A stretch of DNA of 64,000 bases, from contig OZ241986.1 in the NCBI GenBank assembly GCA_965204375.1, positions 2,720,001 to 2,784,000 on the forward strand, given 5' to 3'. Below, in pieces: positions 1-9,783 of the stretch. The translations under genes were made by a program, and so were the position numbers. Within the stretch, counting starts at the first letter, position 1. Each line of letters opens with the position of its first letter. The DNA is from Candidatus Latescibacterota bacterium. GTDB taxonomy: Bacteria > Latescibacterota > UBA2968. The notes beneath the pieces were generated by a model. That model saw only the letters and a list, made by a program, of their open reading frames with translations, had not been told where the DNA came from and ran no database searches.

Positions 1-1
1 C

Positions 2-313
2 ACCCACAACGACGACCCCATAGCCAGCGCGTGTGCCTGGAAAACACCTGGCCAATCGCCGGAAACGGGTGAAGTTCACATGGTCGCCGCGCACGCAGAC
101 CACCGCGGCAAAGGACTCGGGCATTTGCTCAACGCCCTCGTCCTCCATCGCTTAAAAGATCTGGGCTATCAAAAAGCACATCTCAAAACCGATGACTGGC
201 GCCTACCGGCCATCAAAACCTACCTCGACGCGGGCTTCCAGCCCCTCAACACCCACGAAAGTCATCCCGAACGCTGGGAAGCCATCTTCGCCCAGCTAAA
301 AATTAAAAAATAA
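2..313 (+). CDS. GNAT family N-acetyltransferase, 5'-truncated by window edge
   Basis: Frame is open from position 2 (THNDDPIASACAW...). It carries the acetyl-CoA motif HRGKGLG and the C-terminal AIKTYLDAGF typical of GNATs. Confidence 0.8.
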   Translation, partial: THNDDPIASACAWKTPGQSPETGEVHMVAAHADHRGKGLGHLLNALVLHRLKDLGYQKAHLKTDDWRLPAIKTYLDAGFQPLNTHESHPERWEAIFAQLKIKK

Positions 314-319
314 ACTTCC

Positions 320-1318
320 TCATCCCATCAACGCATTATACCCCATCCCCATCACCTCCTTGACGTGTTCCAGTGTGCGTTGCCCTTCAATACGCGCCCT
401 CGAACCACCCAAATTCAAAATATCGCGCACCAGATCGGGCTGTTCTTCAAACCCCTTGCGGCGTACCCGAAACGGCGTCATAAAATCGTTCAACACATCT
501 GCCAACGCGCCTTTACACGTCGTACAGCCAACCGATCCACTGCGACATGCCCTTGCCACCTGCTCGGCATTCTCTTCATCGAACACCTCTCGATAGTGAA
601 ATGCCGAACACACATCGGGATTTCCCGGATCAGTTGCCCGCACCCGCCCCGGATCAGTAACCATATTCATCACCTTTGCACGCACAGACGCTTCTTTATC
701 CGACAAATCAATAGCATTGCCATAACTCTTCCCCATCTTACTCTGACCATCCGTACCCTTCAAGCGCGTGCCATAAACGCCATCGGGAATGGGAAACACC
801 TCACCATAAATCCGATTAAATCGCGCAGCCACTTCCTGCGCCAGTTCAATATGGGGTCTTTGATCTGGACCCACTGGCACATATCGCGGACGAAAAAGCA
901 AAATATCCGCCGCCTGAGACACCGGATACCCCACAAAACCGTAAGGCACTCGATTCCCCAACCCCATCTTACCCATCTCTTCCTTAACCGTTGGATTCCG
1001 CAACAAACGCGGCAACGTCACCAAATTGGAAAAAATCATGGTTAACTCTGCCAGTTGCGGCACCTGTGATTGCAAAAAACAAACGCTTTTTTTCGGATCA
1101 AAACCCACCGCCAGATAATCCAACACCATTTCCCTGACGTGACGCTCCAGATCCTCTGTCCGATCCCGATGCGTCGTCAGCACCTGATAATCGGCAATCA
1201 TAAAAAAACACTGAAACTCATCCTGCATCTCAAACCGATTCTTCAACGCCCCGACATAATGTCCCAAATGCATTCTACCCGTCGGGCGATCACCTGTTAA
1301 AACAATTGTACGACTCAT
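320..1318 (-). CDS. trpS: Tryptophan--tRNA ligase
   Basis: MSRTIVLTGDRPTGRMHLGH (HIGH motif), YPVSQAADIL, VPVGPDQ and KMGKS (KMSKS motif). ATG at 1318 follows RBS AAAGGA. Confidence 0.96.
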   Translation of the reverse strand: MSRTIVLTGDRPTGRMHLGHYVGALKNRFEMQDEFQCFFMIADYQVLTTHRDRTEDLERHVREMVLDYLAVGFDPKKSVCFLQSQVPQLAELTMIFSNLVTLPRLLRNPTVKEEMGKMGLGNRVPYGFVGYPVSQAADILLFRPRYVPVGPDQRPHIELAQEVAARFNRIYGEVFPIPDGVYGTRLKGTDGQSKMGKSYGNAIDLSDKEASVRAKVMNMVTDPGRVRATDPGNPDVCSAFHYREVFDEENAEQVARACRSGSVGCTTCKGALADVLNDFMTPFRVRRKGFEEQPDLVRDILNLGGSRARIEGQRTLEHVKEVMGMGYNALMG

Positions 1319-1359
1319 CTCTGTTCCTTTCTTTGAACGATTAAAAATCCATAATTTCC

Positions 1360-1391
1360 AAAAAAAAGCGCGCCACCTTCCGGTAGCGCGC
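1360..1391 (-). terminator. Attenuator 2 terminator upstream of trpS
   Basis: Minus strand reads GCGCGCTACC-GGAA-GGTGGCGCGC followed by 8 T. Confidence 0.88.
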
Positions 1392-1504
1392 GGCACAAAC
1401 AAAGATCGCCAGATATCCGGTGGTGGACATACATCTCCCATTGCGCCTGTCCACCACCAGCGTCCGCCAACATTAAACAGCTCTGTCATCGCACTCAAAA
1501 ACAT
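1360..1504 (-). promoter_or_regulatory. Trp leader attenuator 2 (WWW leader, open in frame into trpS)
   Basis: ATG at 1504 or 1489 leads to TGG TGG TGG at 1459-1451. GGTGGTGGACA pairs with TGTCCACCACC (1:2). CCACCACCGG pairs with CCGGAAGGTGG (antiterminator). The terminator is at 1360-1391. Confidence 0.8.
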
Positions 1505-1518
1505 CGCATACCTACCAC

Positions 1519-1550
1519 AAAAAAACCGCCGTCAAAAAGCCGACGGCGGT
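1519..1550 (-). terminator. Attenuator 1 terminator
   Basis: Minus strand reads ACCGCCGTC-GGCTTTTT-GACGGCGGT followed by a T-run. Confidence 0.88.
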
Positions 1551-1581
1551 CAATTCAGAATTCTCAAATAAATACAATCCG

Positions 1582-1692
1582 TCAGCAAACCCACACAGCA
1601 ACACACCACCAACCGCAGACGGTCTCAGACACACGGAGAGCCAGCACCCTATCGGGCGTCGCATCAGTCAAAATGTGATCGTGCATAATCAT
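1582..1692 (-). CDS. Trp-rich leader peptide 1, 36 aa (MIMHDHILTDATPDRVLALRVSETVCGWWCVAVWVC)
   Basis: Translated by hand. RBS GGGAG lies 6 nt before the ATG. WW..W sits near the stop, and GCTGACGG/CCGTCGGC antiterminator plus terminator follow. Confidence 0.78.
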   Translation of the reverse strand: MIMHDHILTDATPDRVLALRVSETVCGWWCVAVWVC

Positions 1693-1720
1693 AACAAACT
1701 CCCGTGATATATCGCCGATA

Positions 1721-1766
1721 AAAATAACGACTTCAATACCCCAAGTCAAGCCGTTTGATCTTCTTT
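1721..1766. repeat. Copy A of degenerate 46-bp direct repeat, containing a minus-strand sigma70-like promoter (TTGACT-17-TATTTT)
   Basis: 40/46 identical to 5192-5237 by manual alignment. Confidence 0.8.
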
Positions 1767-3237
1767 AGCTCACGAACCGGAACGAGTAGAGCTTTGCCGA
1801 TCGCATCACGACGCGAAGCCGCAGCGGCCCCCGATCCGTGGGGATCCGGCGGCCGGCCCCCTGCCACGACACGCCTGCCTTGATTGCATTGGCGACAATC
1901 GTCTCGCACGTCTTCAGCGTGTAGCCTTCCACGGGGCGCCCCTCCTCGTCCTGCAGCTCGACAAGCAGCCAGCCGCCCCCGCCACAATCTACATTCAACT
2001 CGAGCGCCTGACCGTCGAACGCCAGCGGCGGAGTCACAAACTCTCCGCCAGAGAGAGACGCATCCGCCGAGACAAAACCGTCCCGCCTCAGGATCGCCCG
2101 GAACAGCCCAGTGTTCCAACCGTCGCGCACCTCATCATTGTGCCGACTTCCCCGCCCCGAATAGTAGATCCACATCTCGGTCTCGGTAAGCACAGGCCAG
2201 ACATTGGCCATCACCATACCACCCGATGGCCCCCCATCCAGCCCCCGGCGGATAAACGGCTCCCGGTCTCCCTGACGCGACCATATAATCCCGTCACGGC
2301 TCGTGAAGAGCCGGACATCCATTGTGGCCGGGAAATCAGATGCTTCCCAGTGGTAATAAGCGGCGGGCATCATAAAGTACGCATCATCCGCCTCGGGATG
2401 CTTATAGACTGCGTTCGTGTAGTAATCGACCTGCGGCCTATCCATTGACCGGGGAGGCAGAGGAGCTTCCAGGTCCAGCGCATCCCCTTCCAGGACGATC
2501 AGCGTGGGCTGCGACCAGGTCTTAAAGTCGGGCGACGTAATCCGGCCAACGGAGCGGTACCGCTTTCCGAGCTTCATTTCCGCCGCCTCGTCCCGCCGCT
2601 GGGTCTCATGCACCCGCGTATAGCCGACGTAGAGATCCAGGCTGTCATCCCAAAAGAAAACATTCTGAGTATCGCACATCTGGTTGGGCGGATTCGGCTG
2701 GCCCTCATCATACGTCCAATGGATCCCGTCGGGTGAATGCATGGCCCAAAGCCCCGGCAGAACACCGGCCTCGATCTCATCATCCCTGGGATAGTACTTC
2801 GACCAGAGCCGGTAGCGCGAATCGGCGGGCGCACGTTCGTCTATATAGACCGTCGCGCCCTGCATACTCTGACGCTCATCCAGCGGGGCAACGATATTGT
2901 TGGCAGTGCTGCCCTGGAACGTGACGAGGTGCATCTCTGGCTTCTGCCAGGAGACCCCGTCTTCGGACTCTGCATAACAGAGACGGACCGCCCCTTCCTG
3001 CGGACCTCCCGATTTCATCTGTGCGCCGTACCAGAGCCGGAAGTGCCGCTCCCCTTCCCGGATCACCGTATTGTATCCCCCAATCCCGAGCTTCTCCCAC
3101 GGCTTGTCCGCCCGGAGCACCGGCTCGGGGGACTGCAAAGGCGGATTCATACGGAGGTTGACGCCGGAGGCGCGATCGAAGAAACGCGCATCGATGAAAA
3201 GCTGCTTCCGGCTCCCGACATGGACTGTAGCGGCCAT
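1765..3237 (-). CDS. Beta-propeller glycoside-hydrolase-like protein (GH32/GH43-type fold), function unknown
   Basis: Repeated Asp-box-like motifs (SEDGVSW, SPDGIHW, SPDFKTW, SRDGIIW), RRDGFVS and a C-terminal beta-sandwich. Start 3237 follows RBS GAAGGGG. Confidence 0.65.
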   Translation of the reverse strand: MAATVHVGSRKQLFIDARFFDRASGVNLRMNPPLQSPEPVLRADKPWEKLGIGGYNTVIREGERHFRLWYGAQMKSGGPQEGAVRLCYAESEDGVSWQKPEMHLVTFQGSTANNIVAPLDERQSMQGATVYIDERAPADSRYRLWSKYYPRDDEIEAGVLPGLWAMHSPDGIHWTYDEGQPNPPNQMCDTQNVFFWDDSLDLYVGYTRVHETQRRDEAAEMKLGKRYRSVGRITSPDFKTWSQPTLIVLEGDALDLEAPLPPRSMDRPQVDYYTNAVYKHPEADDAYFMMPAAYYHWEASDFPATMDVRLFTSRDGIIWSRQGDREPFIRRGLDGGPSGGMVMANVWPVLTETEMWIYYSGRGSRHNDEVRDGWNTGLFRAILRRDGFVSADASLSGGEFVTPPLAFDGQALELNVDCGGGGWLLVELQDEEGRPVEGYTLKTCETIVANAIKAGVSWQGAGRRIPTDRGPLRLRVVMRSAKLYSFRFVS

Positions 3238-3307
3238 GAGATACCCCTTCCTATTGTCGATGCTAACTACGAAAAGTTTGCCTGACTCCGATCCATCCTG
3301 TACATCC

Positions 3308-4255
3308 CTACTCACACGCAAGTGCGGCCAACATGGCCTTGATATACCCAACTGAATAGGCGAGCGCGTGGGTGTTGCCGGCAGGCCCATCCCCTTCAAG
3401 CGTCGGATAGTGGTCGGGGTTCAGGCAGCCGTCGTAACCCACCCGCTTCAGTTCGCGCAGGATCTTGTACATGTTCATGTCCCCATCGTCCAGCAGGACC
3501 TCCTCGAACGCACCGGCGGTTGCAAAGCTCGCCCGCACGTTTCGAAAGTGGACCTCGAAGAGACGTCCCTTCCGTCCGTAGTTGTGAATTTCGTCCAGAA
3601 CGAGTGGAAGTCCTCCGGCCTCCGCGCGTGTCCCGCAACAGTAGAGGTAGCCGACACACGGGTTCGGAAAAGCGTCGATCACCCGGTGGAATCCCAGCCC
3701 GCCAAAGAGCGCATCCTGCGTCGGCGGGTCGGAGGGATGCATCATCAGTCTGACGCCTGCGGCTTCCGCGATAGGCACGAGCCGTTCGTAAGCCGCACAG
3801 ACGCGTCCCCACCGCTGCTCTCGCACTGCTATATCCGGCGGCTCATCCCCTTCTGCGAGTGACAGACTGTCCCCTCGAGCCGGGTATCCGCCGCGGTGCG
3901 ATGCCCGATAGCGTCCAATCATCCAGGGATCCGTGGAATAGTCGAAGTGCACCCGTCCAAGAGGATAGCCCGCTTCGCCAAGGACCCGGACGGACTCGCA
4001 CGCGGCGTCGAGTTCCTCCTCAGCGCCATCATCTTCGTCCATGAACCGCTTCGATAGACCGGGCAAACTGATGCGATTCACCTGCAGACCCCAGGAATGA
4101 ACTCGTTTCTTCATTTTTAGTGCCTCGTCCAGATCGAAGACGCCACGGTCATCGGTCGGCAATGGCAGGGCATCGACGCAATCGACGCCCAACTGGGTCA
4201 ACTGGCGCAACGTCGCGTCGGACGGGTCTTGACACCAGGTAGCTACTTTGATCAT
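3308..4255 (-). CDS. Mannonate dehydratase (UxuA)-like protein
   Basis: Motifs HPSDPP, VHFRNV, EVLLDDGDMNM, PDHYP and AYSVGYIKA. Confidence 0.8.
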   Translation of the reverse strand: MIKVATWCQDPSDATLRQLTQLGVDCVDALPLPTDDRGVFDLDEALKMKKRVHSWGLQVNRISLPGLSKRFMDEDDGAEEELDAACESVRVLGEAGYPLGRVHFDYSTDPWMIGRYRASHRGGYPARGDSLSLAEGDEPPDIAVREQRWGRVCAAYERLVPIAEAAGVRLMMHPSDPPTQDALFGGLGFHRVIDAFPNPCVGYLYCCGTRAEAGGLPLVLDEIHNYGRKGRLFEVHFRNVRASFATAGAFEEVLLDDGDMNMYKILRELKRVGYDGCLNPDHYPTLEGDGPAGNTHALAYSVGYIKAMLAALACE

Positions 4256-4292
4256 GGGAAACCTCCTATTATAGTCTCAAACCCGAGCAGCG

Positions 4293-5138
4293 CTAACCCC
4301 CTTCGGGATGGCGACCACCCAGCAATTGAAGCAGGCGATCGCTGGCAGACGCCCGCGCATCTTCGGGAATGGGCACCCGGTTCATCCATCCGAATCGCCG
4401 GAACGCCCAATCAACCGCGTACTGCGACTGCATCAGGTACCGCGTGCGATCGGACCTGTTTGGCGCCCCCCGGTGCCAGCACTGCGGATCCTGCACGTAG
4501 ATATCCCCCGCCTTGCAGAAAACAGATACGGGACCTTGCTCCTCGAACTCCGGATTCTCCTGACTGTTCGGATCCTTGCCCGAAAGATGGCTTCCGGGGA
4601 CGTACTGTGTGGGACCGTGTTCGATCTGCTCGATATCGCTCAGTGCCATTTGCACGGTAATCCAGAGCACCGGCGGTCGAATCCGGGGGTCGTGGCGGGG
4701 CACGCTCTCCGGGACGGGAAAGTGGACTGCGCCATCCACGTGCCACCTTTCGATCGCCACACCGGACTGGTTTCGCAGCACGTTCTGTCCACAGAAGCGG
4801 CAATTGGGTCCGACGATCGCCTCGGCGAGGCTCAGGATCGGTTCCCGAAGGAGCATCTCTCTGAAGATCCCGTCCAGCGCAATCGTATTCCGCAGGATAA
4901 ACGGTCGATCCCCCTCGCCGTGCATTTGCACGTACCGGCGATCGTGCAAGCCGAGGTCTTCCTCTTCCGCAAGCAAAGGATCGTCGAGAAACGCATCCGT
5001 TCGGTCCCGCAACGCCTGCATTTCACCTGCTTCGAGCACGCCGGGGATATGCACGAAACCGTCTCTGTGGAAGCAGTCGATGATCTCCCGGGTGGTCTTT
5101 TCTCCAAATGGCTCGCCGGATTGGATCGGACTCGACAA
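4293..5138 (-). CDS. Phytanoyl-CoA dioxygenase (PhyH) family Fe(II)/2OG dioxygenase
   Basis: Motifs FHRDGF, WHVD (HxD), GPTQYVPGSH and WHRG. TTG start follows AGGAGG. Confidence 0.85.
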   Translation of the reverse strand: MSSPIQSGEPFGEKTTREIIDCFHRDGFVHIPGVLEAGEMQALRDRTDAFLDDPLLAEEEDLGLHDRRYVQMHGEGDRPFILRNTIALDGIFREMLLREPILSLAEAIVGPNCRFCGQNVLRNQSGVAIERWHVDGAVHFPVPESVPRHDPRIRPPVLWITVQMALSDIEQIEHGPTQYVPGSHLSGKDPNSQENPEFEEQGPVSVFCKAGDIYVQDPQCWHRGAPNRSDRTRYLMQSQYAVDWAFRRFGWMNRVPIPEDARASASDRLLQLLGGRHPEGG

Positions 5139-5191
5139 TGGAATCCTCCTTGAGATGTACGTCCAAACGGAACCGAAACGTATCATCGATG

Positions 5192-5237
5192 AAAATAACG
5201 ACTACAACAACTCAAGTCAAACCGTTTGATTTTCTTT
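5192..5237. repeat. Copy B of degenerate 46-bp direct repeat/promoter, overlapping the DCC1 gene stop
   Basis: 40/46 identical to 1721-1766. Confidence 0.8.
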
Positions 5238-5636
5238 TGTCTCTGCGCGCTCCCCATAAGACAATTCACACGTCCCCACATCACACGCCACGCGACCTGA
5301 AAGATGGCGATATCGCGCAATCAACGCATATCCCGCCCGAAAAACGAGATTCAAAATCGGCACGTGATACAACCATGCAAACAGATGGAAGGGGGGTAGC
5401 CTGCGATAGATTTGATACACGGCATCCGCACCCACATAAATATCCTCTTTGCCCACCACCAGTCGCATACCCGTATTAAAATCCGACGACGCCAGCTTTG
5501 GAAAATGGTCTTCAATCCCCTGCGTCTGCCTGGGCAAATAATCAAACTGACTGCGTTTGTCTTTCTTTTTCATACGGCGAACACTCCAGATACAAAAACG
5601 ACATTCGCCGTCATATACAACAATCGGTTTTTCCAT
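5217..5636 (-). CDS. DCC1-like thiol-disulfide oxidoreductase (DUF393)
   Basis: N-terminal VYDGECRFC (DxxCxxC) and C-terminal YALIARYRH. RBS GGAGG. Confidence 0.85.
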   Translation of the reverse strand: MEKPIVVYDGECRFCIWSVRRMKKKDKRSQFDYLPRQTQGIEDHFPKLASSDFNTGMRLVVGKEDIYVGADAVYQIYRRLPPFHLFAWLYHVPILNLVFRAGYALIARYRHLSGRVACDVGTCELSYGERAETKENQTV

Positions 5637-5655
5637 CACGCCTCCGCAAAAAAAC

Positions 5656-6846
5656 CTAACTCCTCGGATAAAACACATCCACCAGAGTCTCCACATCATC
5701 CCATGCGCACGAAAAACGCTCTTCAAATCCGCGATGGATATTGTGCTCGACCTCTGTCTCGTCGGGCAGCGGAAACACAATCGTCTCTCGATCGGCCTCA
5801 ATTGACGCATTCACCGCCAGACTCATCTCCTGATCCAACCGCCCCATCGCAGCACCGTAATCCGGCTCGCGATCTTCTCGAACAGCATTGGCGATACTCA
5901 ACAACTCATCTGCCACGGCCACTTGCCCTTCACTCAGCGCATAGTTTGCAAATGGATTCTCCCACGCAATCGCACCGCCGGGCAACTCATAGCGAATCTC
6001 GCGCAACACATTTACCCCATCTACCGTTTCCGTCACGCGCACGGGTTCATAAGCCACGCCCTGGGCGCCGGTTTCCAATTCATCCTTTGGCACAACATAC
6101 ACATTGCCATCCACAATGCTACCCGCTGTTCCATCAATCTCATCCATACCCGCTTGCTTGCGCCCGAGTGAACGCGCGTGAATCACATTGGAATACACCA
6201 TCAGCGCGGCCACATCATTGTCAAATTCCAAAAAACTCAAACTCCATCTTTCCAACTCGTGATGCCGTTTCATGCGATCTATATGTGGAATCACGGGCGT
6301 TGTATGGCTCAACCCAATCACCTGCCTGGGATTGCCACCGGCCAGCACGCGCAACAAACTCATGCCGTGATACCCACCCTCGTGACATATCCGATAGATC
6401 CGTCCAATCTCCCCAATAACATCTGATACGAGCACCTTCTTCTTCAACCGCTCAATCGGCGCGCGATAATAATTCTCGGCGACCTCCAGATAAACGCCCG
6501 CATCTCTCGCAGCTCGAATCATCATATCTGATGCCGGTCGAGTCATAGCAATAGGCGTCTCCACAACCTGGTGCATACCTGCTTGCGCCAAAAAACAGCA
6601 AATCGCATGGTGCGCCACGCCTGGCACCACCACATCGGCAACATCGATATCTTCATTATCGACCAGGTCCCGCACACTCGTATAAGCCTTTACCTCGTGT
6701 TCTGCTGCCAAACTCTGGGCTGTTTCCTCATCCTTATCGCAAATGGCGACAAAGTCAAAAACATCTGCCAACTGCACAATCACAGGCAAATGCGCCCCTG
6801 CGCCGCGCCGCCCGGCACCCACAAGTGCAATTTTGAGACGATCCAT
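5656..6846 (-). CDS. Gfo/Idh/MocA family oxidoreductase
   Basis: Rossmann motif IALVGAGRRG, ETPIA (variant of EKP) and AENY. Confidence 0.85.
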   Translation of the reverse strand: MDRLKIALVGAGRRGAGAHLPVIVQLADVFDFVAICDKDEETAQSLAAEHEVKAYTSVRDLVDNEDIDVADVVVPGVAHHAICCFLAQAGMHQVVETPIAMTRPASDMMIRAARDAGVYLEVAENYYRAPIERLKKKVLVSDVIGEIGRIYRICHEGGYHGMSLLRVLAGGNPRQVIGLSHTTPVIPHIDRMKRHHELERWSLSFLEFDNDVAALMVYSNVIHARSLGRKQAGMDEIDGTAGSIVDGNVYVVPKDELETGAQGVAYEPVRVTETVDGVNVLREIRYELPGGAIAWENPFANYALSEGQVAVADELLSIANAVREDREPDYGAAMGRLDQEMSLAVNASIEADRETIVFPLPDETEVEHNIHRGFEERFSCAWDDVETLVDVFYPRS

Positions 6847-6976
6847 AATATCCCTCCAATAAAGTTTGTTTTCGCCATTCTGCTACGGGTCTAACATCAA
6901 TCTGCTTGCGGAATTTTTATCTTAACCTATCTTTGCGATAAATCAAACAATAATCAACACAAAAGAGGAGCAGGTC

Positions 6977-7393
6977 ATGTCGCAAAACAAAACCATTGGG
7001 GGTGGGGGCTTTCACCACGTTGCAATTCGCGCCCACGACTTTGAAGCATCCGTAAAATTTTATACCGAAGCGATGGGATTTCAAAAAAAAATCTCCTGGG
7101 GTGAAGGCAAAAGACGCGCCATCATGCTGGACACTGGGGATGGAAATTACCTCGAAATTTTCGCCAATGGCACAGATGAACCCAAACCGGAAGGGTCCAT
7201 CATCCACTTTGCTCTGCGCACCAGCGATTGCAACGCTGCCATCGAACGCGCCAGAGCAGCCGGTGCCCAAATTACCGTAGAACCCAAAGACGTCGAAATT
7301 CCCAGCGAACCCCACAAAACCCCTGTACGCATCGCCTTTTGCAAAGGTCCCGATGGCGAAATCATCGAATTTTTTCAAAACGAATTGACTTGA
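6977..7393 (+). CDS. VOC/glyoxalase family protein
   Basis: Motifs HHVAI, LEIF, HFAL and GPDGEIIEF. Confidence 0.88.
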   Translation: MSQNKTIGGGGFHHVAIRAHDFEASVKFYTEAMGFQKKISWGEGKRRAIMLDTGDGNYLEIFANGTDEPKPEGSIIHFALRTSDCNAAIERARAAGAQITVEPKDVEIPSEPHKTPVRIAFCKGPDGEIIEFFQNELT

Positions 7394-7489
7394 ACGACGA
7401 ATCAGCGGAGCGGGGAACCTCGCTTTATCTCTGAACGTCTTACACGAGACATCACAGCCATTTACATCTGCCGGGGAAAAGGAAAAATC

Positions 7490-7912
7490 ATGAACAAAAT
7501 TATACCTGTTTTGTGTCTGATATTCGCAATCGCCGCATGCGGTGACGACAATCCCGCCGATTCGGGCCAACCCGTCGTCAATCAAACATTTAATCTGCCG
7601 AGCGGAACGAGTGAAGACTTTGGCTTTACCATTGACACAGATGTACAGCAAAACGTCATTCTTCAAGGCGAATTTAGCGTTGAAAACGGCAGTGTTCAGA
7701 TGGCTGTTGTGAGCGAATCTGAGTATCAAACCTGGCGAGAAGGGGGCACGCCCTCCGTGATTTATAGCACGAACATAGTATCTGAAGATACCTTTAGCTT
7801 TTCCATTGATGACAGTAACACCTACTACGTCGTTTTTCTCAACACGGGGCCAAATACCGTAACAGTCAAAGCCGAAATTTTCCTGCTCAGTACTGCCGAA
7901 CAAGATATTTAG
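7490..7912 (+). CDS. Lipoprotein with beta-sandwich (GOLD-like) domain
   Basis: Signal peptide ends in lipobox IAAC, followed by a beta-rich acidic domain (YYVVFLN). Confidence 0.65.
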   Translation: MNKIIPVLCLIFAIAACGDDNPADSGQPVVNQTFNLPSGTSEDFGFTIDTDVQQNVILQGEFSVENGSVQMAVVSESEYQTWREGGTPSVIYSTNIVSEDTFSFSIDDSNTYYVVFLNTGPNTVTVKAEIFLLSTAEQDI

Positions 7913-8066
7913 ACTACCCGGAAAAATGCCTGCCTGTGCTTATTGCACACCAGCAGATATGCAGCACCTGAAACGCATCTTCCCACCAATTTTCCGATTG
8001 ACGAGACAAGAAGAACAAGTTATAATTACTCCTGCTCATTATCAATCACAGTTAAACGAGGTATTT

Positions 8067-9773
8067 ATGAACATCCCCAAGCACGACGTGCTCCTGATAG
8101 GTGGAGGGGGTGCGGGCCTGCGCGCAGCAATTGCCGCATCTGAAACATATCGTGGCGCAGATATTGGCGTAGTCTCCAAAGTCTATCCCATGCGAAGTCA
8201 CACCGTTTCTGCCGAAGGTGGCACGGCAGCGGTCATGCGCGAAGACGACAACCTGGATCTGCATGCTTACGACACCATTAAAGGCAGCGACTTCCTCGCC
8301 GATCAGGACGTGGTAGAAGCCTTTGTCAAAGAAGCCGTCGATGAAGTCATCCAATTAGAACACTGGGGGTGTCCCTGGAGCCGCGACGAAGACGGTCGCG
8401 TAAGCGTTCGCGCATTTGGTGGCATGAGTGTCAAACGCACGCTCTATGCCGCCGACAAAACCGGCTTCCACATGCTGCACGCCCTCTTTCAAACATCTCT
8501 CAAATACGACGCCATTACCCGATACGACGAATGGTTCGTCACCTCTTTACTCGTCGAAGATGGCAGGGTATGCGGCGTCACCGCTATCAACATCCGATCC
8601 GGCAACATTCACGCCATTGGCGCAAAATCCGTTATTATATGTACGGGTGGCGCGGGCAAAATTTTTCCATTTACCACCAATGCCGCCATCAAAAACGGCG
8701 ACGGAATGGCTCTGGCCTACCGCATTGGCTGTCCTCTAAAAGACCTCGAATTTGTGCAATATCACCCCACGGGCTTGCCCGGCACGGGAATCTTAATGAC
8801 CGAAGCCTCGCGGGGCGAAGGCGGCCACCTCGTCAACAGTAAGGGCGAACGCTACCTCAGCGAATACGTCCCTGGCAAAATGGAACTCGGTCCGCGCGAC
8901 ATCTTATCTCGTTCCTTTATTCACGAACAGCACAAGGGCAACGTCTTTGAAGGTCCCGATGGCAGCTACGTTCACCTCGACCTTCGGCACCTGGGTGAAA
9001 AAATCATTGACGAAAGACTGCCCTTCGTACGCGAACTCACCCGCAATTACGTCGGCATTGATCCGGTTCACGAACCCATTCCCGTGCGTCCGGTTGTCCA
9101 CTACTGCATGGGCGGTGTGCATACCGACATCAATGGCGTAACACCCATCCCCGGTCTTTATGCCGCAGGCGAAGCGGCTTGTGTTACCCTCAATGGAGCC
9201 AATCGCCTGGGATCCAACTCACTGACCGAATGCCTCGTCTTTGGCGCGCGCGCAGGCCAGGTAGCCGCGCAACACGCCGCCGACACCGACTTTGCAGATT
9301 CGGCCTCAATGGCCAAAATGGCGCAAGACGAGCAAAAACGCATTGAAACCCAATTCTTTGGCAACAACGGCAAAGAGCGCGTGGCCAATATCCGCGATGA
9401 TCTCCGCAAAACCATGGAAGAAGGCGCGGGCATTTTCCGAACCGAAGACGCGCTCAAAACCACGTGTGACACCATTCGCACCCTCAAAGAACGCTATAAC
9501 AATATCGGCATAGACGACCACTCGCGCGTCTTCAATACCGACCTCGTCAACGCCCTCGAACTGGGTTACATGCTCGACGTCGCCGAAGGACTCGCACACT
9601 CGGCCCTCTTGCGACGCGAATCTCGAGGCTCTCACGCGCGATCGGACTATGAAGAGCGCGACGACGAAAACTTCCTCAAACACTCTCTGGCCTATCAAAC
9701 CGATGGCGACCCCCGCATCGAGTACTCGCCCGTAACACTCACGCGCTGGGAACCCGAAGAACGAACCTATTAA
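8067..9773 (+). CDS. frdA: Fumarate reductase/succinate dehydrogenase flavoprotein subunit
   Basis: [16 protein letters not shown] (covalent-FAD His), [16 protein letters not shown] and ESRGSH. Start 8067 follows GAGG. Confidence 0.95.
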   Translation: MNIPKHDVLLIGGGGAGLRAAIAASETYRGADIGVVSKVYPMRSHTVSAEGGTAAVMREDDNLDLHAYDTIKGSDFLADQDVVEAFVKEAVDEVIQLEHWGCPWSRDEDGRVSVRAFGGMSVKRTLYAADKTGFHMLHALFQTSLKYDAITRYDEWFVTSLLVEDGRVCGVTAINIRSGNIHAIGAKSVIICTGGAGKIFPFTTNAAIKNGDGMALAYRIGCPLKDLEFVQYHPTGLPGTGILMTEASRGEGGHLVNSKGERYLSEYVPGKMELGPRDILSRSFIHEQHKGNVFEGPDGSYVHLDLRHLGEKIIDERLPFVRELTRNYVGIDPVHEPIPVRPVVHYCMGGVHTDINGVTPIPGLYAAGEAACVTLNGANRLGSNSLTECLVFGARAGQVAAQHAADTDFADSASMAKMAQDEQKRIETQFFGNNGKERVANIRDDLRKTMEEGAGIFRTEDALKTTCDTIRTLKERYNNIGIDDHSRVFNTDLVNALELGYMLDVAEGLAHSALLRRESRGSHARSDYEERDDENFLKHSLAYQTDGDPRIEYSPVTLTRWEPEERTY

Positions 9774-9783
9774 AGGAAAATTT

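Noticed and set aside
1705-1716. TGATATATCGCC resembling the bEBP enhancer palindrome
   Set aside because: It is a single imperfect copy with no sigma54 promoter nearby, so probably chance.
5412-6419. 335-aa plus-strand ORF, and similar long ORFs at 4308-5153, 6917-7903, 13271-14029, 32186-33091, 34172-35185, 51248-52147 and 62556-63491
   Set aside because: They are antisense shadows of recognisable genes and carry no motifs of their own.
7926-8066. N-terminal extension of FrdA, and similar upstream extensions in the ORF track for glnK2, the hydroxyacid dehydrogenase and the ATPase
   Set aside because: Downstream starts have clear RBSs and match the family N-termini.
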